Assembly (NCBI GenBank): GCA_963702845.1
Contig: OY969763.1
Span: 3,168,001 to 3,232,000, forward strand
DNA: 64,000 nucleotides
Direction: 5' to 3'
DNA from: an uncultured Verrucomicrobiae bacterium
GTDB taxonomy: Bacteria; Verrucomicrobiota; Verrucomicrobiia; Limisphaerales; Palsa-1400
Numbering within the stretch: position 1 is the first letter of the stretch; each line of letters begins with the position of its first letter. The translations under genes were made by a program, and so were the position numbers. The notes beneath the pieces are model-generated. The model had not been told where the DNA came from and did no database searches. It was given only the letters and a program-made list of their open reading frames with translations. Below, piece by piece: positions 8,446 through 17,854 of the stretch.

Positions 8446-10905
8446 GTGGGTTTGAATGAAAAGCGATTCTTCTCAGCCGCGACGGCTTGCAACAAGCAAT
8501 TTCCTCTCATTTGGCATCGACGAACTTTCTTAAAAGCCATGGCTCTGGCAAGCGCGGCATTGCCAATCTTGACGCGCAAGGCTGCTGCCGGTGGATTGGA
8601 GAAACCGGCTGCACCGCAGCTCGAAAACGCTTTTTTTTCGATCCAGTTTGACCTCACCACAGGTCGTTTTAGCGCCTGGCGTAAAGAACAGGCCCTGCTA
8701 ATCAATGCAGCAGCAACAGCGTCAGTGCCGCCGGGCATTTGCAGCAGCGCGGATCCGCAATATTCGCACTCAATCAAGGTGGTTCCCTTTCAGAACGAAC
8801 TGGGCGCGGGCCGGCAATTGATTGCGACTTGCCGCGATTCCAAACGGCAGCTCGATTTCGAGATTCACCTCTCGCTTTACGACCATCGCGAAACACTTGG
8901 GATCGAAACTATCTGCCACAACATTTCGAAGAAGCCATTGAACCTGCAGACAATTAATCCAGTGCAAGCGCTTCAGGTGGACAATGGAGGATTGTTTTGG
9001 CCGGGCGCGAAGGCGCTGCTGACCAACGGGCAGATTTATTATGACGCCGGCAAAGTCAAACAACTCAAAGAGGGCGAGAAAAGCAAAAGTTGGTGGAACA
9101 TCGCGCTGAGTGCAGGTGAAAAAAGAGATGGCCTGGTCGTCGGCTACTTGGAAAATAAATCGTCTCGTGGAATGATTTACACAAAGCCCGGCAAACTATC
9201 CGGCGAATCACAGGATGCGTTGGAATTGACGGTTGAATCGCAATACGAACGTGATTTTATTTTGCCTCCGGGCGCGAGCGTCTCTTCAGACCGGGTGGCT
9301 TTTCATATCGCAGCCAATCCGTTTTTGACCCTCGAATCGTATGCACAGTCCATCGGCGATTTGCACAAGGTGCGGCTCAATCCGCCGATCAACGGGTGGT
9401 GCAGTTGGTTCTCATTTTTTGGCGCGATCAGCGAGGCAGAAGTCATCCGGAATTCCGTTTTTGCCGCCGAGCATCTCAAGCCTTTTGGCTTTGAATACAT
9501 TCAGGTCGACGACGGTTTCTATCGCAGCTTTGGCGATTGGGAAGGCAACGATCGTTTTCCTCATGGGATGAAATGGCTGGCAGAAACCATTCGCAAGCAC
9601 GGGCTGAAACCAGGGATTTGGCTGGCACCTTACGTGATCGCCGAAGGCACTGAAGTTCATCGCCAGCATCCCGATTGGCTGGTGCATCATCCCGATGGCC
9701 GCCTCAAGCAGATCGGGCCAAATCTAACCGAAGGCTCGCCTGAGGCGGCGCAGCAAAATCCGAAGCTTTACTCGCTCGACATCACGCACCCCGGCGCGGC
9801 GCAATGGCTGCATTCGCTGTTCAAGACCGTAGCGCAGGATTGGCGCTACGATTTCATCAAGATCGATTTTGTCGAATGGAGTCTGCTGGCGGCGGATCGC
9901 TTTTATGATCCGACTGTCACCAAAGCCGCGGCCTACCGGCGCGGCATAGAGATCATGCGCAAAGCGATGGGGCCAGACCGGCATTTGCTTGATTGCGGCC
10001 CGGGCAACGTCAGCGTGGGGTTGATCGACAGCATGCGCATCGAACTCGATCAACCGCCCGTCACCTGGCAGCAATACTTCCTGCACTCGGCCAGCAGCGC
10101 GCCGGCCGCGGCCAAGCGTTACTATTTCCACAAACGCACCTGGATCAACGATGACGATCACGTGGTCCTGGCAAATCTTACGCCGATCCAGGCGCAAGCG
10201 GCGGCGAGTATTGTGTCGCTCTCGGGCGGCAACATGATTTCAGGGGATCGAATGGCGGACCTCGATCCCATCCGGCTGGATATTTTGCGTAAAGCATTTC
10301 CTTCTTATGGCGAAGCCGCCCGGCCAATTGACCTCTTTCAGAGTGACAAGCCGGAGGTGTTCGCTTTGCAGGTCAAGAAGCCTTTCGGACAGTGGCTGGT
10401 GCTGGGGTTGTTCAACGCCGACCAAAAGTCCACGACGACAAAAACGGTTTCGATGGAGAGCCTTGGACTGGATTCGACCAAAACTTACGTGGCCTTCGAT
10501 TTTTGGAATCAGAAATTCTTTGGTGAACTGCGAGGCGAGTTTTCGGTGAAACTTGCAGCGGCCTCGTGCATGGTATTGGCCATTCACGAGCGTACCGGCA
10601 AACCGCAATTGATCGCTACCGACCGCCACGTCTCGCAGGGCGGCGTTGAACTCGAAAGCGTCACATGGGATGACGCGGCGGGAACATTGCGCGGGGTTTC
10701 CCTGGGCGCGCGCGGCGCCGATCACAACGTGTTCCTCTACCTCCCCGAAAAACATCCGTGGCAGCAAACGGACCCGTTTCTGTTCTACGATTTTCCGGGT
10801 TACACCCTCAAGATCACCGAAGAAAATATCCTGCGTGTTCATGTGCGTTTTGATCAAGGCGATTGCGTCAAATGGGAGTTGAACGTGAAAAAGTTTTTTG
10901 GCTGA
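8446..10905 (+). CDS. Alpha-galactosidase-like glycoside hydrolase (clan GH-D, GH36-like) with Tat signal
   Basis: RRTFLK Tat motif; NGWCSW, YIQVDDG, RFPHGMK, GLKPGIWLAP, FIKIDF nucleophile, SMRI. Confidence 0.9.
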   Translation: MGLNEKRFFSAATACNKQFPLIWHRRTFLKAMALASAALPILTRKAAAGGLEKPAAPQLENAFFSIQFDLTTGRFSAWRKEQALLINAAATASVPPGICSSADPQYSHSIKVVPFQNELGAGRQLIATCRDSKRQLDFEIHLSLYDHRETLGIETICHNISKKPLNLQTINPVQALQVDNGGLFWPGAKALLTNGQIYYDAGKVKQLKEGEKSKSWWNIALSAGEKRDGLVVGYLENKSSRGMIYTKPGKLSGESQDALELTVESQYERDFILPPGASVSSDRVAFHIAANPFLTLESYAQSIGDLHKVRLNPPINGWCSWFSFFGAISEAEVIRNSVFAAEHLKPFGFEYIQVDDGFYRSFGDWEGNDRFPHGMKWLAETIRKHGLKPGIWLAPYVIAEGTEVHRQHPDWLVHHPDGRLKQIGPNLTEGSPEAAQQNPKLYSLDITHPGAAQWLHSLFKTVAQDWRYDFIKIDFVEWSLLAADRFYDPTVTKAAAYRRGIEIMRKAMGPDRHLLDCGPGNVSVGLIDSMRIELDQPPVTWQQYFLHSASSAPAAAKRYYFHKRTWINDDDHVVLANLTPIQAQAAASIVSLSGGNMISGDRMADLDPIRLDILRKAFPSYGEAARPIDLFQSDKPEVFALQVKKPFGQWLVLGLFNADQKSTTTKTVSMESLGLDSTKTYVAFDFWNQKFFGELRGEFSVKLAAASCMVLAIHERTGKPQLIATDRHVSQGGVELESVTWDDAAGTLRGVSLGARGADHNVFLYLPEKHPWQQTDPFLFYDFPGYTLKITEENILRVHVRFDQGDCVKWELNVKKFFG

Positions 10906-10941
10906 TGGGATGGAGCGAAGGGAGCCGGGCAGCGTTTGGTG
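10897..10941. repeat. 3' end of the GH36 gene plus downstream DNA, duplicated at 12099-12140
   Basis: tttggctgatgggatggagcgaagggagccgggcagc vs tttggctgatggaatggaatgaaggagccgggcagc. Confidence 0.8.
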
Positions 10942-11105
10942 CCGATTCCGAACCGAGATCATCATGTCACCGTGCGAGCACGCGTATGCGCAAGCCCAAA
11001 TCACACCAGCGCCAACAAAAACAATAACACCATTCTCATAGGTGTTGCGTCTGTTTTGGGCGGCGAAGCAATGCTGAAGTTGCGCCGGCTAAAAACCGGC
11101 GCTTC

Positions 11106-11888
11106 TTACTTTGTCAGCGCGTTCGCGACGTTGAGCCAGGCGTTGGTTGGGGCGATCGTCCAGGCGAACACGAATATGGCCGTGAACGCCGCAAAGCCGA
11201 TCGCGTAGTAGCGATCGAAGGAACGGGTCAGGACTGATTTGATGATGAACAGAATAAGGCCTAAGACCAACGTCATTAAGGTCGGGCCGAAGATGGTTTC
11301 CAAAATAGTCCCTTGATAAAGCGAGTTGAGGAATCCGATACGGGCGATGGCCGCGCCCATCATTGCCAGAACCCCCATGAACATCATTGGTCGATGGATC
11401 TGCGGTTTTTTGCGGGTCCAAATGCCGATGGTGACAAAGACCGCGAACGTAATGATGCTGAACATAGGTATCGCCATGAAGTTTTTGGCGGGCAAGCCCC
11501 AGATCCGGACTTCTGCCGGTGTGAATTTGGCTGAGATAATCGCGGTGAGTAAGCCAAGCCCAAACACGCAGACAGCCAGCGCCGCGCCGAATTTGCCCAG
11601 GGTCATGTGAAGCTTGCGATTGCCTCGGGCTACGAGGATTGGTTGGACGATAAACAGGACGATCCACGTGGACATGATGGTGCCGTGCGCGAAGACTAAC
11701 TTGCGCATCGGCGGCGCTATCGGGCGGTTTGGGAAAGCATTGCCGTGGAGATAATATGACTGGAAGCCCAGGAACATCAGCACGAAGAGCACGATGGCAG
11801 CGCAGCTATAGAAGTAGCGCGCGCTGTCGGGCGTTTTGGCCGGGCTTGCGTTTGCTTTTTGAATGGGCGTTGTTGTCTGGGTACTCAT
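11106..11888 (-). CDS. Polytopic (~7 TM) membrane protein with conserved-looking His residues
   Basis: 260 aa, hydrophobic helices, AHG, KLHM, IHRPMM; family uncertain (DUF2306-like possible). Confidence 0.75.
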   Translation of the reverse strand: MSTQTTTPIQKANASPAKTPDSARYFYSCAAIVLFVLMFLGFQSYYLHGNAFPNRPIAPPMRKLVFAHGTIMSTWIVLFIVQPILVARGNRKLHMTLGKFGAALAVCVFGLGLLTAIISAKFTPAEVRIWGLPAKNFMAIPMFSIITFAVFVTIGIWTRKKPQIHRPMMFMGVLAMMGAAIARIGFLNSLYQGTILETIFGPTLMTLVLGLILFIIKSVLTRSFDRYYAIGFAAFTAIFVFAWTIAPTNAWLNVANALTK

Positions 11889-12098
11889 AAAAAGGCCTCT
11901 ATTGGGGCGCGCAGTCTAGGAGACTGTCAGCCAAACGTCAGCACTTTTTGAGCAAGGTTTTTGAGTCCCGGACATTCCCCTGCTGGCCTTTTCGTCGCGA
12001 CGTCGTAAACCGAGCAAATTCCCGCTAAGAAGGGCATCAACTTGTTTATTTGATTTTGTTTAGTTTTCTTGCGGCATGAGGAGATGGTGAAGCTTTAG

Positions 12099-12140
12099 TT
12101 TGGCTGATGGAATGGAATGAAGGAGCCGGGCAGCCTGGTG
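12099..12140. repeat. Diverged duplicate of the GH36 3' end
   Basis: See 10897-10941; a further degenerate half copy at ~12146-12172. Confidence 0.75.
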
Positions 12141-12191
12141 ACAAAAATGAAGGAAGAGCCGTGCAGTTTGGTTCTGCGCCGGGTAGTAAAT

Positions 12192-13055
12192 ATGGCCATG
12201 AAAGCCATTATCGGTTTGTCACTGTTGGCCGCGTTTTCCCTACAGGCGGCGTCGCCCCTGAGCAAGGAGACAAAAATCGGCGGTTTCTCGCTTGGTTGCC
12301 AGGCTTATTCTTTCAACAAATTCACGGCTTTTGAGGCCATTGAAAAAACGAAGGCAGCCGGGGGCAAGACGATCGAGCTCTTTACCTGGCAAAAACTCAG
12401 CCCGGAATTTCCGGCGCTGGAGGTGAACCAGACGTTGCCTGACGACAAGCTGAAACTGCTTAAGGACAAATTGAAGGAGGCCGGCATCCGGGCCACCAGC
12501 GCGTATATCGGCAACAACGCCTTCACCCAAAAAGATCCAGAAAAGGCGGCGCGGAAAGTTTTTGAATGGGCGAAGAAACTGGATCTCATCGCGCTGACCG
12601 GCGAACCGCCTGAAAGCAGTTTCGATTTGGTGGAAAAACTCTGCAAGGAATACGACATCAAATTCTGCCTGCACGGGCATCGACATGATGAAAAGCGCCC
12701 CGAGTACAAAAACTGGGACCCAAGCTATACCATCAAGCTGATGGAACACCGCGATCCACGCATGGGTTTTTGTCTTGATACCGGGCATTTGATCCGGTCG
12801 GGTGGCGACCCCATTGCGGCCATCAAAATTTTTGGCAAAAGACTTCACACCCTTCACCTGAAAGATCCGATCAGCGCGACTGGCGACGACACGATCTACG
12901 GGCAAGGCATCGGGAATACCAAAGGGATACTAGCCGAGCTAAGGAAGCAGAAATTCAAGGGCTTCATTTCGATTGAGTATGAAAACCCGGTGCCGGACGC
13001 CGTGCCGGACATCCGGCAGTGCATCGAGTTTGTGCGGGATGCGCACAAACCATAG
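12192..13055 (+). CDS. Secreted sugar phosphate isomerase/epimerase (xylose-isomerase-like TIM barrel)
   Basis: Signal peptide; LGCQAYSF, HGH, CLDTGH, LHLKD, ISIEYE; start moved to ATG 12192. Confidence 0.9.
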   Translation: MAMKAIIGLSLLAAFSLQAASPLSKETKIGGFSLGCQAYSFNKFTAFEAIEKTKAAGGKTIELFTWQKLSPEFPALEVNQTLPDDKLKLLKDKLKEAGIRATSAYIGNNAFTQKDPEKAARKVFEWAKKLDLIALTGEPPESSFDLVEKLCKEYDIKFCLHGHRHDEKRPEYKNWDPSYTIKLMEHRDPRMGFCLDTGHLIRSGGDPIAAIKIFGKRLHTLHLKDPISATGDDTIYGQGIGNTKGILAELRKQKFKGFISIEYENPVPDAVPDIRQCIEFVRDAHKP

Positions 13056-13229
13056 CACGCCCGGGAGGGGCAATTGCGACTCGCAACTTCATGATTCCCG
13101 GGAAGGACGCCTGATAGCGCTTCGGCCCTAACGCGTGATTTCTGCCCAAATCGAAAAGGCATTCCTGGCTGGACTGTGCAGAATTCTTGTTGTCAACATG
13201 AGAGCCGAAATCCACACGCGAAATAAACT

Positions 13230-13934
13230 ATGAACAAATTGCTCTGCCTTATTGGGCTCGCTTCGATATCAATTGCCAACGCCGCCACGAACGCTCCAGC
13301 CAAACCGGCGCCGGATTTGGGCGCGATGTTCAAGATGCATTGGGAGAATCGCGTCCGTTCGTTCAAGGAGCAGAACCTCACGTTGCAAAACGTCGTGTTG
13401 CTCGGCGACAGCATCACGGAGGGATTTGACCTGACGAAATATTTGCCCGGCCGGCGCGTGCTCAATCGCGGTATCGGCGCGGATGTCATCGGGAACGACA
13501 TGCCGACAAATGATTTTCGCGGCGTGTTGCAGCGGCTGGATAATTCCGTTTTCGACTGCGCGCCCACCGACGTTTTCATTCTGATCGGCATTAACGACCT
13601 GGGTTCGGGGAAGAAGGTTGAGACGATGGAAGCAGGCTACCGCGATTTGCTCAAACGGTTGCGGGCGAAGCGCCCGGATTTGCGGATTCATGTGCAATCA
13701 GTCCTGCCGACGCGCGATAAGTACGAAAAACACAACGCTCCTGTGCGCGACTTCAATGAGCGTTTAAAAAAGCTCGCGACGGAGTTCCAATGTTCGTTCA
13801 TTGATTTGCATGCGCTCATGAGCGACGAGAATGGTTCGCTGAAATCGGAGTTTACCAGGGACGGCTTGCATCTCACCGAACCCGCTTACCTCATCTGGCG
13901 GGAACAAATCCTTAAAGCGATGAATTGGAATTAG
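13230..13934 (+). CDS. SGNH/GDSL hydrolase
   Basis: LGDSIT, NRGIG, IGIND, DGLH; signal peptide. Confidence 0.93.
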   Translation: MNKLLCLIGLASISIANAATNAPAKPAPDLGAMFKMHWENRVRSFKEQNLTLQNVVLLGDSITEGFDLTKYLPGRRVLNRGIGADVIGNDMPTNDFRGVLQRLDNSVFDCAPTDVFILIGINDLGSGKKVETMEAGYRDLLKRLRAKRPDLRIHVQSVLPTRDKYEKHNAPVRDFNERLKKLATEFQCSFIDLHALMSDENGSLKSEFTRDGLHLTEPAYLIWREQILKAMNWN

Positions 13935-14008
13935 CTGGTCGATGATGGTCGGCTGAAAAAGGTAAAACTATCGTTTGACCCTTTTGGCGGTTGGTTACAA
14001 TGGCATCC

Positions 14009-14881
14009 ATGATCGCTCGTTTGGTAATGCTTGTTTCGATACTCGGCTGGTTTGCTCTTAGCAGCGCGCGCGGAGCTGAAACAATTCAAGATATTCGTGT
14101 GATGTCGTTTAACGTCCGCACCTCCACTGCGTCCGATGGCCAGAACGGTTGGTCACATCGCAAGGACCTGTTCTTTCAAACCATCGAGGCGTTCCATCCC
14201 GACCTGGTCGGATTTCAGGAGGTGCGCCCCGATCAGCACGATGACATCGCCACGCGAATGAAAGGTTACGGGCTGGCCGGCGTAGCGCGCGATGACGGCC
14301 AGCGAAAGGGAGAATGGTCCTTGATCGCGTTTCGCAAGGACCGGTTCGATCTGCTCGACGGTGGAACGTTCTGGCTCAGCGATAAACCGGATGTGCCGGG
14401 AAGCATTGGCTGGGACGCAAAGCTGACGCGGATTTGTTCGTGGGCCCGCCTTAAAGATAAAGCGAATGGCAAAGAATTCGTTTTCGCCAACACGCACTAC
14501 GATCACGTCGGCCATCTCGCGCGCGAGAATTCATCGCGGCTCATCATGAAAACATTGCCGAAACTTTCGCAGGGCAATCCGATCATCATGACTGGAGATT
14601 TTAACACGAAGGAAAACGATCCGCCGTACCAGACGATCATGCATCCAACAGAGCCGGACATGGCGCACTTCATTGACAGCTTTCGCGAAGTGCACCCGAA
14701 CCGCTCGCCCGACGAGTCCAGCTTTAATGGCTTCAAAGGAACGGTGCACGGCTTGCGTATTGATTTCATCCTGCATACGCCCGAACTCCACGCTTTGTCC
14801 GCGACGATTGACCGGACTCAATCCCCCGAAGGAAGATTTCCATCCGATCATTATCCTGTGACGGCGGTGCTGCGGTGGTAA
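14009..14881 (+). CDS. Endonuclease/exonuclease/phosphatase (EEP) family protein, secreted
   Basis: VMSFNVR, GFQEV, NTHYDH, TGDFN, RIDFI, PSDHYPV; start could also be 14000. Confidence 0.92.
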   Translation: MIARLVMLVSILGWFALSSARGAETIQDIRVMSFNVRTSTASDGQNGWSHRKDLFFQTIEAFHPDLVGFQEVRPDQHDDIATRMKGYGLAGVARDDGQRKGEWSLIAFRKDRFDLLDGGTFWLSDKPDVPGSIGWDAKLTRICSWARLKDKANGKEFVFANTHYDHVGHLARENSSRLIMKTLPKLSQGNPIIMTGDFNTKENDPPYQTIMHPTEPDMAHFIDSFREVHPNRSPDESSFNGFKGTVHGLRIDFILHTPELHALSATIDRTQSPEGRFPSDHYPVTAVLRW

Positions 14882-14967
14882 GCGCTGGACGTCATCACAA
14901 TCCCTCTTTGCAGCTTGAAGTTTGACCCACTCGGTTTCACCATCCGGCTAACACAATTGCCGTGACT

Positions 14968-15489
14968 ATGAAAAAAATCTTATCGTTCGCCACCATTTTC
15001 TGCGCCCTGTTGATTTCGGTCCAAGCCGCTGATTCCACTATCACCCTCAGCAACGTCCATCTTTGTTGCGATAAATGCGTCAAAGGCGTGGACACCGCTG
15101 TCGGGCATGTTTCCGGCGCCAGCGCCGTATCTGACAAGGCGGCCGGCACTGTCACGCTCACCGCCTCTGACAAGGCCACCCTCCAAAAAGCCGTCAACGC
15201 CATCACGAGGGCCGGTTATTTCGGAGAATCCAGTGATGCCTCTATCAAGGTCGCGTCCAAAACCGGCGCCAAAGACGCCAAAGTCCAATCCATGAAAGTC
15301 TCCGGCGTCCATCTTTGCTGCCCCAAATGCGTCAAAGCCGTCAACGCCGCTGTCTCAAAAGCCCCCGGCGTCACCGGCAACACCGCATCCAAAGACTCCG
15401 CCTCTTTTGAAGTCACCGGCGATTTCAGCCCCAAAGACGTTTTCGCCGAACTGAACAAAGCCGGACTCACCGGCAAAGTGGCAAAGTAA
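14968..15489 (+). CDS. Secreted tandem heavy-metal-associated (HMA-like) domain protein
   Basis: Signal peptide; two repeats with VHLCCDKC and VHLCCPKC. Confidence 0.8.
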   Translation: MKKILSFATIFCALLISVQAADSTITLSNVHLCCDKCVKGVDTAVGHVSGASAVSDKAAGTVTLTASDKATLQKAVNAITRAGYFGESSDASIKVASKTGAKDAKVQSMKVSGVHLCCPKCVKAVNAAVSKAPGVTGNTASKDSASFEVTGDFSPKDVFAELNKAGLTGKVAK

Positions 15490-15519
15490 GAGGATACTCT
15501 CTGAACCGTTCAGACGGGA

Positions 15520-16905
15520 TTACTGTTGATCAAGAATTTCGTTCAAAGGTCGACCGGTTGTTCCGGGCATTTGGATGTTCAGAAGTTTTGCAACCGTTGG
15601 AGCGACTGAAACATTGTCGATTTCGCCGAGTGTGGTTCCCGGTTTGATTCCGTTGCCGCAGGCGACGAAGGTGGCGTGCAGTTGCGGGATTTCAGGATTG
15701 TGACCGTGAGTGCCGCGCCCCTCTGGCTTTTCTTCAAACGGCAAATCGCCGCCAGCGGTGTCGCCGAAAGTTGCGCCGTAGTCGGCAAAGAGAATCATGT
15801 CAGGCGCGTTCGGATCGTCTTTCGGATTGCCGACGCCGTATTTTTTTAATTCTTCAGTGTGAACAATTTTGGAAATGCCTTTTTGGTTTTTGAAGGCTTT
15901 ATCGACCTTCTTCATGATCGCGTCGCGATTTTTTTGATCGAGGACATAGACCATGCAGGTGCCGGCCTGGACAACGATACGGACCGAACCGCTGCTCACC
16001 TTTTTATTCGTGACCTTGACCAATCCGGTTTTGCGCAGGACGACGTTTGGGAAAAGCATGGTGTTGATGGGTGAAAAGCCGTGGTCGGAAACGATGAATA
16101 GAGTGGCGTGACCCGGGAAATCTTTCTGCAACTCTTGCCAGATTTGGCCCACTTCTGCATCGGCTTCTTTGATCGCGGCGTAGGCTTCGGGCGATTGCGG
16201 CCCTTTCTCGTGTTGAACGTGGTCGGAATTTCCGATGTGCAGCAAGACAAAGTTCGGGCGCTTGTTCGCGATCAAGAGCTTCAAGACACGTAAGTTGATC
16301 GCATCGGTTTCGTATTCTTTCTTGCGAACGCCACCGGGAAACATTTCGTCAACGAGCGAAAATCCATTTTCGCGGCAGAGGTCGAGGACTGCAGGTGTGG
16401 TGTATTTGAGATACAGATCGGCTTTGTGAACTTCGGGCGTGGTCCAATCCAGATTTTTTGCATTGCGCGACCCCGGCCAATTGATCGCGGCGGTGTGGAG
16501 TCCACTTAATTTCGCGACATCGTAAAGTGTCGGAACTTTGACGATCTGCTCTTTGTCTAATACAGGATCAAAGATCAGCGTGATCTGTTCCTTTTTGGCG
16601 CGGTCGTAATAGTTGTTTCCAACGACGCCATGAACGGCCGGCGTGACGCCAGTGACCAGAGTGGTATGGTTCGGCCAGGTCACAGATGGCGCAACCGCTT
16701 TCATTGATTTCGCTCGTGCTCCAGCGGCGGCAAGAGCGTGAAGGTTCGGCATTTCCGCTTTCGGATCATCGAAGTAGTAAGCGGCCAACCCATCAAGGGT
16801 CACCATCACAACTATGTTCGAGTTGGCGTTTGCCGCGTTGGCGTGCGCAGTGATGGTCAGTGCCACGAAGAGGAATACAGTTGGAAGTAATTTATGAAGA
16901 CGCAT
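15520..16905 (-). CDS. Alkaline phosphatase superfamily nucleotide pyrophosphatase/phosphodiesterase
   Basis: TLDG, PSVTWPNHTTLVTG, DHVQH, VSDHGF, GTHG; signal peptide. Confidence 0.92.
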   Translation of the reverse strand: MRLHKLLPTVFLFVALTITAHANAANANSNIVVMVTLDGLAAYYFDDPKAEMPNLHALAAAGARAKSMKAVAPSVTWPNHTTLVTGVTPAVHGVVGNNYYDRAKKEQITLIFDPVLDKEQIVKVPTLYDVAKLSGLHTAAINWPGSRNAKNLDWTTPEVHKADLYLKYTTPAVLDLCRENGFSLVDEMFPGGVRKKEYETDAINLRVLKLLIANKRPNFVLLHIGNSDHVQHEKGPQSPEAYAAIKEADAEVGQIWQELQKDFPGHATLFIVSDHGFSPINTMLFPNVVLRKTGLVKVTNKKVSSGSVRIVVQAGTCMVYVLDQKNRDAIMKKVDKAFKNQKGISKIVHTEELKKYGVGNPKDDPNAPDMILFADYGATFGDTAGGDLPFEEKPEGRGTHGHNPEIPQLHATFVACGNGIKPGTTLGEIDNVSVAPTVAKLLNIQMPGTTGRPLNEILDQQ

Positions 16906-17051
16906 GGTTCAGCTTTTTTTAGTAACGTTTATCAGACGTCGTAAACACTGTTTTCTTCAGAAAAATCTTTCCGGCAGGCCGGTGAGAAAAGGGGTTCCGC
17001 GACAATTACAACGTCGCAAAAAGTTAATCAATGCGGTAACAAGTGAATCGT

Positions 17052-17348
17052 ATGAGGCTTGGATTATGGATGTTAATGGTTTTCTTGGTGCAACTGATCC
17101 TAATGGCTCTTTACCGCGTCATTCCAAGCTCTGCTTCTACTATTTGGAATCTGATTCTTCTCATCCTGATTTGGGGAGTGTCATTGAGGGGTTATTATTT
17201 CGCTCTGACCAGAAGTCGAGGTGGCAAACCTCCGACAGAATTTTGGCAAATCGTTCTTGGTGTGTCGGCGGCGATCATTGGAGTCATCTTGCTTTTTTGT
17301 TCAGCAGTTTTCTTAGAACTTTTGGGATTACCTGGTGTAATCGATTAG
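17052..17348 (+). CDS. Small 3-TM hypothetical protein, T-rich accessory gene
   Basis: Three hydrophobic segments; lower GC than neighbours. Confidence 0.55.
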   Translation: MRLGLWMLMVFLVQLILMALYRVIPSSASTIWNLILLILIWGVSLRGYYFALTRSRGGKPPTEFWQIVLGVSAAIIGVILLFCSAVFLELLGLPGVID

Positions 17349-17386
17349 CCATCGTTGCAAGATGGTCCCGTGAAGAATGCTTCGAC

Positions 17387-17437
17387 GAACAGCGGGTTGG
17401 TGATATACAACCCACTGTTCGTGGTTAATTGTTAGAC
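17387..17437 (+). other. attI-like relic, copy 1 (internally deleted relative to 21841-21930)
   Basis: GAACAGCGGGTTG-N8-CAACCCACTGTTC inverted repeat, then TTAATT-GTTAGAC (GTTRRRY core). Confidence 0.5.
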
Positions 17438-17797
17438 GTGCTATGCTCGATTATTACAGATCCAGTGCAGCTACCGATAATGCTGTTGAGCATAGGCGTT
17501 TTGGGGCTGTTCTCGTTATTCATGGGTCGTAAGTCCCCGAAATCATCATGGCCGACTTGGCTGTTTGTTCCTTTAGCAGCATTTGTATCGCTGCCGCTCG
17601 GAACAGAATCGAAGCCACCTGACCCACTACATCCATTCAACCTCATCGTTATTTCATTGATTTTGTTACGATGGGCGGTCGCGGTTGCTTTGCGCGAACG
17701 AGACAAAAGTTGGACTTTTTATATCATTATGCTTTTCGCGATTCCTTGCCTTGTGTTTCCCGCCGTACAAGGTGTTGTGCATGATTTGTCACGTTGA
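17429..17797 (+). CDS. Small 4-TM hypothetical protein (start uncertain: 17438 GTG or 17480 ATG)
   Basis: Four hydrophobic segments; begins at the GTTAGAC core. Confidence 0.55.
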   Translation: MLDVLCSIITDPVQLPIMLLSIGVLGLFSLFMGRKSPKSSWPTWLFVPLAAFVSLPLGTESKPPDPLHPFNLIVISLILLRWAVAVALRERDKSWTFYIIMLFAIPCLVFPAVQGVVHDLSR

Positions 17798-17854
17798 TTA
17801 GACAATTGCCACTCGCAACTTCACAAATTCAGGCTAAACTTCCGACTTTGTCTG

